64,000 nucleotides of DNA from an uncultured Acidobacteriota bacterium (GTDB lineage Bacteria; Acidobacteriota; Vicinamibacteria; Vicinamibacterales; UBA2999). Positions 47,604-57,395 of this stretch are shown piece by piece (position 1 is the stretch's first letter; every line of letters begins with the position of its first letter). The notes beneath the pieces were generated by a model, which worked only from the letters and a program-made list of their open reading frames with translations, was not told where the DNA came from and searched no databases. Made by a program: the position numbers and the translations under genes. The stretch covers positions 1,426,991 to 1,490,990 of the forward strand of contig CAVRKI010000004.1 in the NCBI GenBank assembly GCA_963721715.1. The letters run 5' to 3'.

Positions 47604-48812
47604 CTACTTCTTCACACTCTCCAACACCCGCTCGAGCGCGAGCTGCGGTGAGAGCGTCGGTTTGTCGTAGATGTTCCAGCCCGTGAAGACCGCGATCAGG
47701 TCGAGCTCCGGCACCACGATGGCGAGCTGCCCGCCATAGCCGATCGCGGCATACGCATAGCGGCCTTCGGTGGTGTGCGGCAGCAGCCACCACTGGTAAC
47801 CGTACTTGCGGTTCTTCGGCGGGTTGATTCCGGTCGCCACCAGCGGCCGGGTGGAGGCCGCGGCCCAGCCTTCCGGCAGAATCCGCTTGCCTTCCCACAT
47901 GCCATCGCGCGAATAGAGATACGCGAACTTCGCGAGGTCACGGGGGGTCAGATAGAGCCCGCCTTCGGTGTCGGCCAGGCCCTTCGGCGTCTGCTTCCAG
48001 TAGAACCGGTCGATGCCGATCGGCGCGAACAGGTGCTCGCGGGCGTAGTCGTGCGCCTCGCGGCCAGTGGTCTTCTTGATCAGGTACGACAGCAGTTCGG
48101 TCGCACCACTGTTGTAGACGAAGGTCTTGCCCGGGTCGGCCGCGAACGGCTGATCGAGCACGAACTGAATCCAGTCGTCGCTCTTCTCCATCCCGGCGGC
48201 GCTGTTTGCGGGATCGGTGTAGGTGATGCTGGACTCGTCCCACTTGATGCCGGTGGTCATGGTCAGCACGTGCTCCAGCGTCATGGCGTCCCACTTCTCC
48301 CGATCGCTCTTGAAGCGGAAGTCCGAGAAGTACGGGGCCATCTTCGCCTGCACGCCGGGAATCTCGCCACGGCCGATGGCGATGCCGACGAGGGCCGAGG
48401 TCACGCTCTTGCTCACCGACTGCATGGTGTGGAGGTCGCCGTCGCGATAGGGATGCCAGTCAGGGTCGTAGTAGTTGTAGGGCCCCCGTGTCTGCTCCGG
48501 TTGCCCGGCGAACAGCGCCTTGTAGTCGTGCGTGTAGCTGCGCTCGAAGACCAGCCGGCCATGGCGGATCACCAGCATGCTGTCGATGTAGCCGTGCCCG
48601 CCGGCCGCGAATTCTGCGTCCAGCCTCGCGAGCACGCCAGCGTCGAGCCCCTCGGCCTCGGGAGTGGCCATGGTCCAGTCTTTCGTGGGCCACGGCGCGG
48701 CCCCCGATGAGGCGGCCGCGGGCGGCGAGGCGGGCGGCGGGCCACAGGCCGCGGCCAGCAGCATGACGCACACGGTGAAGCCGACCGGGAGGGCTTGGCG
48801 CATGGGCCGCAT
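47604..48812 (-). CDS. Serine hydrolase (beta-lactamase family) lipoprotein
   Basis: Start at ATG 48812. Lipobox LLAAAC. SxxK motif as MQSVSKSVTS. YNSGATELL. Confidence 0.85.
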   Translation of the reverse strand: MRPMRQALPVGFTVCVMLLAAACGPPPASPPAAASSGAAPWPTKDWTMATPEAEGLDAGVLARLDAEFAAGGHGYIDSMLVIRHGRLVFERSYTHDYKALFAGQPEQTRGPYNYYDPDWHPYRDGDLHTMQSVSKSVTSALVGIAIGRGEIPGVQAKMAPYFSDFRFKSDREKWDAMTLEHVLTMTTGIKWDESSITYTDPANSAAGMEKSDDWIQFVLDQPFAADPGKTFVYNSGATELLSYLIKKTTGREAHDYAREHLFAPIGIDRFYWKQTPKGLADTEGGLYLTPRDLAKFAYLYSRDGMWEGKRILPEGWAAASTRPLVATGINPPKNRKYGYQWWLLPHTTEGRYAYAAIGYGGQLAIVVPELDLIAVFTGWNIYDKPTLSPQLALERVLESVKK

Positions 48813-48836
48813 CGTAGCACTGCCTCGCCGCCATGC

Positions 48837-48842
48837 TAGGAT
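48837..48842 (+). promoter_or_regulatory. -10-like TAGGAT, 8 nt upstream of ATG 48850
   Basis: Sequence gcTAGGATtcgccgcATG, in a 37-nt divergent intergenic region. Confidence 0.4.
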
Positions 48843-48849
48843 TCGCCGC

Positions 48850-49734
48850 ATGACACGCACCATCGCCCTCGGCACCATCATCATCGCCGGCACGCTCGCC
48901 ATGGCCGCAGCGCCGTTTGCCGCGCAGCAGCCGGCGGCCGGCCCCAACGTGGCGCAGATCGAAAAGGTGAAGGACAACCTCTACATGATCACCGGGGGAG
49001 GCGGGAACACGGCCGCCTACGTGAGCGCCAGTGGCGTGGTCCTGGTGGACACCAAGCTCGCCAACTGGGGACAGGCGATTCTCGACAAGGTCAAGACCGT
49101 CACCGACAAGCCGGTGACGCACATCATCAACACCCACACCCACGGCGACCACGTCGGCAGCAACGAGTTCTTCCCGGCCAGCGTCGAGATCGTGGCCCAG
49201 CAGAACACGGCCGCGAACATGCTGAAGATGGAGGTCTTCAAGGATCCGGCGAAGAAGCACGGTCTGGCCGACAAGACGTTCACCGACAAGATGACCGTGC
49301 TCGGCGGCAACGACGCCATCGACCTCTACTACTTCGGGGCCGCGCACACCAACGGCGACGCCTTCGTGGTGTTCCGCAACCTGCGCGTGATGCACGCTGG
49401 CGATGCCTTCTCCGGTCCGACCACGCCGATCATGGACGCCAACAACGGTGGCTCCGGACTCGCCTATCCCGAGACGCTCGCCAGGGCCGCGGCCGGCATC
49501 AAGGGTGTCGAGACGGTGATTCCCGGACACAGCACCGTGACCAACTGGCAGGCGTTCCTCGATTACGGCGAGTTCATGAAGAGCCTGGTCGGCTCCGTCA
49601 CCGCGTCGGCCAGGGAAGGCAAGACCGCCGAAGCGGCGCTGGCCGCGTTCGTCCCGGCCGAGAAGTTCAAGTCCTACAATCTCGGGCGCGCGAAAGCGAA
49701 CGTCGAGACGATCTACAAGGAACTGGGGAAATAG
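48850..49734 (+). CDS. MBL-fold metallo-hydrolase, exported
   Basis: MTRTIALGTIIIAGTLAMAAAPFAAQ signal peptide. INTHTHGDHVGSN (HxHxDH) motif. Confidence 0.85.
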   Translation: MTRTIALGTIIIAGTLAMAAAPFAAQQPAAGPNVAQIEKVKDNLYMITGGGGNTAAYVSASGVVLVDTKLANWGQAILDKVKTVTDKPVTHIINTHTHGDHVGSNEFFPASVEIVAQQNTAANMLKMEVFKDPAKKHGLADKTFTDKMTVLGGNDAIDLYYFGAAHTNGDAFVVFRNLRVMHAGDAFSGPTTPIMDANNGGSGLAYPETLARAAAGIKGVETVIPGHSTVTNWQAFLDYGEFMKSLVGSVTASAREGKTAEAALAAFVPAEKFKSYNLGRAKANVETIYKELGK

Positions 49735-49742
49735 AGTCCACA

Positions 49743-49770
49743 GTTCAGAGTTCAGAGTTCAAGGTTCGGG
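49743..49770. repeat. Tandem heptamers gttcaga gttcaga gttcaag gttcggg
   Basis: Read directly. It contains the TGA stop (49745-47) and the last codons of the minus-strand NrsF-like gene. Confidence 0.95.
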
Positions 49771-50437
49771 CGTGCAGGCGTTGCGACAGCAGCGCGCCGC
49801 AGAGGCCCGCGGCGAGCACGCCGCCAAGGTGCGCACTCAGCACGTGCGCGGGCTCGGAGAAGTGACAGAACAGCCGCCATCCGGCGTCGGCCATCAGGCC
49901 GGCACCGAGCCCGCCGAGCAGTCCCGTCAGCGCCGGCCGCGTCGGATAGGCGCGCGCGGCCAGCACCGCCGCCATCACCGCGCCCGGTAGCGCCGTGGCC
50001 AGCGAGCCAGCAAGACACATCGCGCCGACCAGCGCCCAGCCATTGCGGATGCGCAATCGGGCTGACGCCGTAGGTGCTGAACGTCACGACTCCGACCAGC
50101 GCGACTGGCGCCGCCAGCCACAACGCCGAGTGGCACGCGCGTCCAGGCTCGCCCCGGAATGGCCTCGCGTAGCGCGGCCGCCACCAGGACGATGCCGGCG
50201 ATCGACTGCACCACCGACCATCCCCATGCCTGCGCCCATCCCAGGCGCTCGATGTCGACGCGCGAGCTCGAACCACGACGGCGCCGCGACGAGCGCGAGC
50301 AGCGCGAACGGCGCCAGCATCAGCGCCCGCGCGAACGGGCGCGGCAGCGGCCGAACGGCGGCGTAGTCGGCCGCCAGCCGCGCGCGCAGCGCCGCGGGCA
50401 GGTGGGCGTCAGTTCCTTCAGTCATCGGCATGTCCAT
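49745..50437 (-). CDS. NrsF-family (DUF1109) anti-sigma factor, membrane; frame broken at least 3 times
   Basis: The pieces MTEGTDAHLPAALRARLAADYAAVRPLP (ORF 50084..50464), SIAGIVLVAAALREAIPGR (49975..50214) and RNGWALVGAMCLAGSL...LFCHFSEPAHVL (49745..50056) join into a 6-TM protein next to an ECF sigma gene. Confidence 0.55.
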
Positions 50438-50539
50438 CGCTGCCCCGCCCCTCCGGTCGATCACCGAGCGCGGCCGTCACGCGAACGTCCACCACGGCTG
50501 CGGTCATCGTCTCGGCCCTCACGACCGGCATGGTCTTCA

Positions 50540-51121
50540 CTATCGCCACGACCGGCCCCCGCGCCCCGAGACGGGGCAAGCAGTTCGCGCAGCCGCCGCA
50601 TCTCCGCGGCTGGACCGCAGCTTCGCCGCGCCCCCCGCGATCCCGAGCTGCGCGCCAATCTCGTGAAAGCTGAGGCCCCACACGTGGTGCGCCACCACTG
50701 CGTGCCGCTGCCCCGCGGGAACCTGGCCGAGGGCCCGATCGAGGTCGGCGGCCGCCGCGTACGACTCGGCTTCGGCCCGAACCGCGGGTTGCAGATCGGC
50801 AACGTCCATGTCGCTCACCGGCCGACGGCGGGCGCGCCGCAACTCCATCAGCCAGCAGTGACGGGCGATGGCCATCACCCACGGCACCACCGGGTAGGCC
50901 GCGTCGTAGCTCCGCCGCGCCCGATGCATCTGCAGGAACGTCTCCTGCAGCACATCCTCCGCGCGCGCCGCGTCGCGGATCCGGCCAGCCAGAAATCGGC
51001 GCACCGCCGGCGCCACGAGCCCGTAGAGCTCGTCGAACGCCTCGAAGCGGCCCGCCTGATAGCTCGCCATCAGGGCGCGCAGGGCCTGATCGTCAGGGGA
51101 CGCGTTCATCGCATCAGCCAT
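50540..51121 (-). CDS. ECF-type RNA polymerase sigma-70 family factor (C-terminal end uncertain)
   Basis: Region 2 is EDVLQETFLQMHRARRSYD...VVPWVMAIARH. Region 4 is HAVVAHHVWGLSFHEIGAQLGIAGGAAKLR. The tail is probably frame-shifted near 50620. Confidence 0.8.
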   Translation of the reverse strand: MADAMNASPDDQALRALMASYQAGRFEAFDELYGLVAPAVRRFLAGRIRDAARAEDVLQETFLQMHRARRSYDAAYPVVPWVMAIARHCWLMELRRARRRPVSDMDVADLQPAVRAEAESYAAAADLDRALGQVPAGQRHAVVAHHVWGLSFHEIGAQLGIAGGAAKLRSSRGDAAAARTACPVSGRGGRSWR

Positions 51122-51196
51122 GGATATGCCGGGAGCGGGTGAATGGTATCAGCGCGCAAGGTGATACTTCGAGGCCAGTCCCGGCAAATCCCAGTC

Positions 51197-52110
51197 ATGT
51201 TCACCCTGCTCCATCAGACGTTCAGCCTGGTCGTCGCGGTTGTCATGGCACTTGCCGCGGCAGTGATCCCCTCGTGGTCCGTCCAGGTGGGCGCCACCAG
51301 CGCGACGTCGGCGCCGCCAGCCCTGCTGAAGATGGCCGAGGCCGAGCGGGCGTTCTCGAAGCGGGCGAGCGACGCCACGCCACGAGACGCGTTCATCGAG
51401 TTCTTCGCGGACGAGTCGGTGAGCTTCCAGCCCGAGCCGGGGAGCGCTCGCGAGCGGCTGCGCAAGCAGCCGGCGCCGCCGCCCGGCACTCCAGCTTTTC
51501 AGTGGGAGCCGCGGACCGGAGACATCGCGGCCAGCGGCGACCTGGGCTATCTCACCGGGCCCGTGCGTTATCCGCAACCCGACGGCAGCATCCGGCACGG
51601 CTGCTACTTCTCGGTGTGGAAGAAGCAGGCCGATGGGACCTTCAAGGTGATCCTCGACATCGGTGTCCGGCCGCCCGGAGAAGTGCCCTTCGCGCCCGGC
51701 TTCGTGCGTTCCCCGGCTCAGGCGTCGGGCAAGCCGGCCTCGACCCGCACGGAGGCCGAGCGCACCCTGCTCGATGCCGACAGCAGGCCTTCAGCGCGGC
51801 ACTGGCATCGAAGGGTGCGGCCGAGGCCTTCCGCTCGGTGCTGCACAGCAGCGCTCGTCTTCATCGCAACGGAACGCTGCCACTCACCTCGCGCGACGCG
51901 GCCGTGGCGTGGCTGACCTCGAACGTCAAGAGCGATGACCAGCGAGCCGATGAAGAGCGAGACCGGCGCATCCGGCGATCTGGGCTACACGTGGGGCAAG
52001 GCCGTGGTCACCGGCCTGACGGCAAGGCCACACCGGGCTATTACGTGCGGGTGTGGACACTGGGTGCAGGCAGCCGCTGGCAGCTGGTCGCGGACATCAC
52101 GCCGGCGTAG
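51197..52110 (+). CDS. Hypothetical exported protein with two DUF4440/SnoaL-like halves; frame broken about 3 times
   Basis: MFTLLHQTFSLVVAVVMALAAAV. GDLGYLTGPV...GCYFSVWKKQADGTFKV recurs as GDLGYTWGKAV...GYYVRVWTLGAGSRWQLV. The shifts lie near 51785, 51935 and 52020. Confidence 0.5.
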
Positions 52111-52380
52111 GGGGGCCTCGAGGGCGCGGCGTCGCCGCGTGGGACAAATCAGGCGCTTCGCGTGGGCGCGCCTCCGGCGCGTAGGGGACGAACGGGGGCG
52201 CCTGGCAAGACGCGGCGCCCCGCTCGGCTGGCGCGAGGACTCCGAGAAAATCCAGGGTAACCCAGCACGGAGCCAAGCCTTGAGGATCGTCCTACGCGGC
52301 GAAGCCGCGCCCACGCCGAGCACCCCGATTCCTGCGCGAGGCGCCTGCCGCCCTACGCGCCCGCAGGGCGCGCCTATCCC
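52108..52380. repeat. REP-like units, largest island; left half forward and right half inverted
   Basis: Forward units: ggcctcgagggcgcggcgtcgccgcgtggg / ggcgcttcgcgtgggcgcgcctccggcgcgtagggg. Inverted units: cctacgcggcgaagccgcgcc / ccctacgcgcccgcagggcgcgcctatcccc. Confidence 0.8.
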
Positions 52381-53291
52381 CGTCCGCTGGCGAACGGCAG
52401 CAGGATCGCGTTGATGAACCCGTGCGTCGGCGTGGGCACGCCCGATTCGCGGCCCATGCGGGCGATGGCGCCGCTCAGCCACGGCAGCTCGAGGCGACGG
52501 CCGCGCTCGAGGTCCTCGAGCATGGACGACTTCGACCCCGGCGGGAAGTTGCGCACCATCTCCTGCGTGCCCGGCCACCAGTCCCTCGGGGAACGTGATG
52601 CCACGCGCACGGCCCACGGCCATGCGCTTCGTCGAGCGCCGCATCCATCATCGCCAGCAGCTCGGGATGCTCACGGATCGTCCCCATCGACGAGCGCGTC
52701 GCCGAGGTCATGCCGCTCCACGTGCCCAGACGCACGAACTTCACCCACAGCTCGGTGTCGATGCTCGGCGTCAGGTCGGCGACGAAACCGGCGCGGCGGC
52801 CGGCCTCCTGGAACGCCTGCAGCCGCGGCGACAGCCGTCCATCCGCTTCCCCGAACACCAGGCGGTCGGCGACGGTGTGACGGATGTGCCCGGGCTCGTC
52901 CACCACCGCGACGATGTAGGCGACGCCACCGGCGACGTGATCGGCGCCGACGTGCGTGCCGACCATGTCCACCGCCTCGACGCCGTTCTGCAGCGTGATG
53001 ATCACGGTGTCTGGCCCGATGAGCGGCGCCAGCGAGGGGATCGCCGCATCGACGTCATAGAGCTTGACGGTGAAGCAGCACCACATCCACCGGACCGATC
53101 GAGGCGGGGTCGTTGGTGGCCTTCACCGCGATCGCGAGGTTGCCCTTCGGGCTGGTGATCCGCAGCCCCTGCTCCTGGAGCGCCGCCAGGTGCGCGCCGC
53201 GCGCGATGAACGTGACGTCCTCGCCCGCCGCGGCGAGCCGTCCGCCGAAATAGCCGCCAACCGCGCCGGTGCCGAATACTGCGATACGCAT
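52374..53291 (-). CDS. 2-dehydropantoate 2-reductase (ketopantoate reductase, PanE/ApbA family); frame broken twice
   Basis: MRIAVFGTGAVGGYFGGRLA Rossmann motif (ORF 53055..53291). The middle lies in ORF 52475..53086 and the C-terminus SSMLEDLERGRRLELPWLSG in ORF 52374..52610. Confidence 0.8.
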
Positions 53292-53296
53292 AGGGG

Positions 53297-53420
53297 TTGA
53301 TCAGGGGATCAGGGATCGGGGATCAGGAATCAGGAGTTGGGAGTTAGGAAGTTCGGAGAACAGGGATCTGGGGTCGGGTACTCAGGAAACAGCCTCAAGC
53401 CCCAAGCCCCAAGGCTTGAG
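53297..53420. repeat. Largest compound heptamer island: GGGATCA-type x5, GGAGTTR x3, then cctcaag ccccaag ccccaag gcttgag
   Basis: Read directly. ctcaagcc...ggcttgag forms an 8-bp inverted repeat. The cupin ORF runs through the island to the TGA at 53330. Confidence 0.95.
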
Positions 53421-53740
53421 ACGCTCACGCCCTCCATCCGGATCGCATCCAGCGCGACCACCGGCTCGTCGCCGAGGACGGTGGCGCTGTGCACGGCGCC
53501 GCGCGGGATTTCGACCCAGTCGCCTGGGCCCAGCACCACGAGGTGGCCGCCCACCACGAGACGGAAGCGGCCCGAGATCACGGCGTCGATCTTGTGCACG
53601 CCGTGGGTGTGATCCGGAAACAGCGTGCCGGGCTCGTAGGTGTAGCGCGCGACGCGATAGCCCATGCCTTCGAGCCGCGCGCGCAACGCGCTCTCAGACA
53701 CCGGCCCTTCAAGAGCCGCATTCCATCTTCGGACTGCCAT
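53330..53740 (-). CDS. Cupin-domain protein (C-terminal tail encoded by the repeat island)
   Basis: Start at ATG 53740 (MAVRRWNAALEG). The cupin core is FPDHTHGVHKIDAVISGRF...GPGDWVEIPRGAVHSA. Confidence 0.7.
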   Translation of the reverse strand: MAVRRWNAALEGPVSESALRARLEGMGYRVARYTYEPGTLFPDHTHGVHKIDAVISGRFRLVVGGHLVVLGPGDWVEIPRGAVHSATVLGDEPVVALDAIRMEGVSVSSLGAWGLRLFPEYPTPDPCSPNFLTPNS

Positions 53741-53782
53741 AAGGTTCGTGTCGGTGTCCGGTGGCCGCTCTTTCGGCTCTGC

Positions 53783-53808
53783 TTTGAACTTTGAACTCTT
53801 GAACTTTG
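53783..53808. repeat. Tandem tttgaac tttgaac tcttgaac tttg
   Basis: Read directly. It lies in the ferritin-cupin junction and translates on the minus strand as KFKSSKFK. Confidence 0.95.
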
Positions 53809-53863
53809 CCGTCCCTACGCCCCCGCGCCCGCGGGTTCGGCGGGCATGCCCGGCATGTTGCCG

Positions 53864-54341
53864 GCCGGCCAGTTCCTGGTCGATCATCAGCAGCCCGACG
53901 CCGGTGTTGCCGGCCAGGCGGATCCGGCCGAGGACGGCGCGCGCGGCGGCTTCCTCTTCCATCTGCTCGGTGACGAACCACTGCAGCATGATCGTGGCGG
54001 GACGATCCTTGGCCTTTTCGGCCATCGCGTAGAGGTCGTTGATCGAGGCGGTGACCGTCCTGCTCGTTCTTCAGCACGTGCGCGCACAGCGCTTCGGCGT
54101 TCGGCCACTCCATCGGCGGCGCGTCGACGGCGGGCAGCTGCACCTTCTGGTCGCGCTCGACCAGGTGGTCGATGATGCGCTGCGCGTGCATCAGCTCGTC
54201 GGACGACTGCTGGCGCATCCACTTCGAGAAGCCCGGCAGGTCGTGCTCGGCGAGCCAGATCGACATGGCCAGGTATTCGTGGGAGGCACGGAACTCGAGC
54301 GTCAGGTGCGCGTTCAGTCCCTGGAGCAGATCTGGGGTCAT
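53864..54341 (-). CDS. Ferritin (non-haem, Ftn-like); frame broken once; no in-frame stop before the cupin gene
   Basis: MTPDLLQGLNAHLTLEFRASHEYLAMSIW...ELMHAQRIIDHL lies in ORF 53709..54341. The C-terminus DRPATIMLQWFVTEQMEEE...LLMIDQELAGR lies in ORF 53330..54025. The shift lies near 54055. The 3' coordinate is approximate. Confidence 0.8.
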
Positions 54342-54355
54342 CGATGAATCCTTGT

Positions 54356-54546
54356 CATCAGGCCGAGCGGCGGCGCGCCAGCTCGAAGGTGAGCCCGCCC
54401 AGCAGCACGAACAGCGCGGTGCCGCTCATGGCGAGGGGCAACTGGCCGTGGCCACCGAAATACACGCCCGACGATCATCGACACCGCCGGCGCCAATGGC
54501 GCACGCGACGACCAGACCGAGGGAGGGCTTTTCAGCGGATGGCCAT
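54356..54546 (-). CDS. Possible small 2-TM membrane protein (needs 2-3 frame corrections)
   Basis: A TACAAT box (54561-54556, minus strand) lies 10 nt before ATG 54546. The hydrophobic pieces LGLVVACAIGAGGV / SMIVG / VYFGGHGQLPLAMSGTALFVLLGGLTFELARRRSA end in TGATGA. Confidence 0.2.
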
Positions 54547-54561
54547 GTGCCGCTGATTGTA

Positions 54562-55624
54562 CTAGCGGCGAATACGATCGGCCAACTGGCCCACGGCCAG
54601 CGCGTAGGCGTGGGCGCAGTTGTAGCCGAGGAGCGTTTCGTAGTTGCCATAGACGAGAAACGCGCGCTTGCCGGCCGGCAGCAGCGACGCCGGCGCGGTC
54701 GACTTTGGGCAGGGCGCGCCCCTCGATCGTCCGCACGCCCAGCTTCTGCCACTCGGCCAGCGGTCGCGGCTCGCTCATCTCGCGCTCGGCGCGGCACCCG
54801 GTGGACCGCAGGGCCACCTTCTCGAGCAACGCGTCGGCGCCCCCGGAAGGCAGCTTCACCTCGCGCCCCCACGTCTGGTCGGCCTGCCAGCCATAGGCCT
54901 TCAGATAGTTGGCAATCGAGGCGAGCACGTCCGGCGTGGAGCGCCAGATGTCGCGGTCGCCGTCGCCGTCGAAGTCCTCGGCGTGCTTCAAGTAGCTGGA
55001 CGGCATGAACTGCGTCTGCCCCATGGCTCCGGCCCACGAGCCCTTCATCACGGCCAGCTCGATATCGCCGCGATCGACGATCTGCAGGGCGTTCATCAGC
55101 TCTTCCTTGAAGAACGCGCCGCGTCGTCCTTCCCACGCCAGCGTCGCGAGGGCCTGCACCACCGGGCGCACGCCGCTGAAGCGGCCGAAGTTCGACTCCA
55201 GCCCCCAGATCGCCACCAGCACCCGCGGCTGCACGCCGTAGCGCGCACCGACCTTCGTCAGGGTCTTGCGTTCGGCGGCGGCGTGCTCGTTGGCGGTCTT
55301 GACGAACTTCGGGGTGAGGCGCCGACGGACATACTCGTCCACTGTCAGCACCGTCTCGGCCTGGGAGCGATCGCGCTGCACGACCACCTCGAGCGGTTCC
55401 AGGCCATCGAAGGCCTGCGTGACAGTCGTGGCCCCGATGCCCCGGTCGAGGGCCTCCTGGCGCACACCCTGCAGCCAGACACCAAACTCCGGCCGCGGCG
55501 GCTCCTGGCCGCCGTGCAACGTGGTGCCACACGTCACCATCATCAGGGCGGCCCATACGCCGCGCTTCACGCTCGAGCTGTCCAGCGGGCGCACACGTTC
55601 ATTGTAACGGGGTCTCCCCGCCAC
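54562..55624 (-). CDS. Lytic murein transglycosylase (MltB family); frame broken once
   Basis: IWGLESNFG, GAMGQTQFMPSSY and DFDGDGDRDIW motifs. The C-terminus LVYGNYETLLGYNCAHAYALAVGQLADRI is recovered by a shift near 54690. Confidence 0.85.
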
Positions 55625-55687
55625 GATGCGCTCGACCGGCGCCCGCGGCGATCCACCGGCGCAGTGGGTCGCACGCGGCGCCGGGTG

Positions 55688-57301
55688 TTACCGGGCAATG
55701 CGTACGACTACGGTGGCCGACCCGATGTTGCCGGCGGCGTCGTAGGCGCGCACGACCAGCGACTGGGTTGAGCCCTTCCTCAGCCCTCTTGTGTTCCAGT
55801 CATAGATCAGCTCGGCACCGTTGACGGTTCCGAGCACGGTCCCACTCGTGGTCCGGATGTCCATGCGCACGACGCCAACAGCGTCGGTGGATGTGGCCCG
55901 CACCCTCACCACTCCCGACACCCGCGAATTGGGCGCCGGCGTCACTATGGTCACGACCGGGGCCACGGCGTCACCGCCGGGCGCGACCACCGAAACCTCG
56001 TTCGACGACAGGCTGCGGCCACCGGGGCCGAGGGCGAACACGCGGTAGGTGTAACGCGCCTCCGGCTGCACCGTCGTGTCGTCGTATTTCAGCTGGATGG
56101 TGCCGCTGCCGGGCGTCAGGGCCACGAAGCCCGCATCGCTCGCGCCCCGCCGCTCCAGCACGTAGCTGCTCGCGCCGGCCGATGCCGTCCATGTGAGTGA
56201 GATGGCGTTCCACGGCGCGTCGGGCGTGGACGGGTGGGCCACACCGGCCAGCACCGGAGGCGCCGGCGCCTGCAGTGTGCCAACCGGCGTCAGAAGAACG
56301 CCACCGGCTTCGCCGGTGACGGCGTTGCGCGCCACCGTGGCGATGACGCGGTCGTCGTTGATCTCGACGCCGCTGCCGGTGATGCTCCAGCCTGCGCTGG
56401 TGGCGCTGCTCTCGAGGAGGCTCCAGAGCGCGTAGGTGCCCAGGCCGTCAAAATACACGCCGGCGCCCAGTTCACCGTAGCCGACGTCGCCGCGCCCGTT
56501 GATGCTGGACACCGTCGTGTAGCGGCTCGACCCGGCGAGGAAGCGCCACCCCGCTGGTCCGTCGTAGCGGAACGCCGACACGATGTTGAGGGACGTCGAG
56601 CGCAGCGCGGCCGTCCCCGCCACCTGTCCGGCGTGGTTGATGGCGACGCCACCCACCAGGTTGTAGTTGGATGGGCCGTTCCCGATGATGTCGAGTACGC
56701 CGGTGCTCAGGTCGAGTCGCTCGATGCCGCCGATCAACTGCCCGGCATCATTGATGTCGGACGGCCACACCGCCCACCCGTAGGTGGCCAGCAGATCCAC
56801 CATCACGCCGCTGTCGTGATAGAGCCAGCCGCTGGTCGCCGCCGGCACGTAGCCGAGGGCGCGGCGCGCGCCGACGATCTGCCCCTGATTGTTGATGGCC
56901 GTGGCGTAGGACGATGCATCACCAGGCAGGCGCGGCAGGATCTCGACAGCGTAGCCGGTGCCGGTGGGCTGCCAGCGGACCGCCACCGCATTCCACGCCG
57001 TGTAGGAAACGCCGACGATGACGCCGGAGTCGTTGACGTCGGTCGGGAACACGCTCTCCGCGCCGGCGGGTGTCGGCAGAGCCGTCCATGTGCCGCCGGA
57101 AATGCTCACCAGCGGCAGATAGGTGGATCCGACCACCCGCGCCCCGACGACGACGCCGGTATTGCTGATGGCCACAGGCGAACCCGGGCCCAGGAATTGC
57201 AGGGCATAGGTCGGCGCGGCCGATTGCGCGTGCGTGAATGAAGGGGCAAGTGCCGTCAGCGGAAGGACGGCGAGCACCGAAATGAACAATCGACGGACCA
57301 T
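55688..57301 (-). CDS. Exported HAF-repeat protein with FN3-like and Ig-like C-terminal domains
   Basis: Start at ATG 57301 with a GGAGG SD. Repeats of the type DVNDSGVIVG, AINNQGQIVG, DINDAGQLIG and AINHAGQVAG. Intact 1.6 kb. Confidence 0.75.
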   Translation of the reverse strand: MVRRLFISVLAVLPLTALAPSFTHAQSAAPTYALQFLGPGSPVAISNTGVVVGARVVGSTYLPLVSISGGTWTALPTPAGAESVFPTDVNDSGVIVGVSYTAWNAVAVRWQPTGTGYAVEILPRLPGDASSYATAINNQGQIVGARRALGYVPAATSGWLYHDSGVMVDLLATYGWAVWPSDINDAGQLIGGIERLDLSTGVLDIIGNGPSNYNLVGGVAINHAGQVAGTAALRSTSLNIVSAFRYDGPAGWRFLAGSSRYTTVSSINGRGDVGYGELGAGVYFDGLGTYALWSLLESSATSAGWSITGSGVEINDDRVIATVARNAVTGEAGGVLLTPVGTLQAPAPPVLAGVAHPSTPDAPWNAISLTWTASAGASSYVLERRGASDAGFVALTPGSGTIQLKYDDTTVQPEARYTYRVFALGPGGRSLSSNEVSVVAPGGDAVAPVVTIVTPAPNSRVSGVVRVRATSTDAVGVVRMDIRTTSGTVLGTVNGAELIYDWNTRGLRKGSTQSLVVRAYDAAGNIGSATVVVRIAR

Positions 57302-57395
57302 GACGAAACCTCCACTGTGCGGGTTGCGCCGGCACACCAGCGCGTGTCGAACCACGGGGGGTGTATCCAGCATCCGCCGGGTGGAGATGCCGGTC

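Noticed and set aside
50418-50882. Additional small ORFs overlapping the ECF sigma/anti-sigma junction, treated as separate genes.
   Set aside because: They are alternative-frame pieces created by indels in the sigma 3' end and the NrsF-like 5' end. The pieces join into the expected two-gene sigma/anti-sigma unit.
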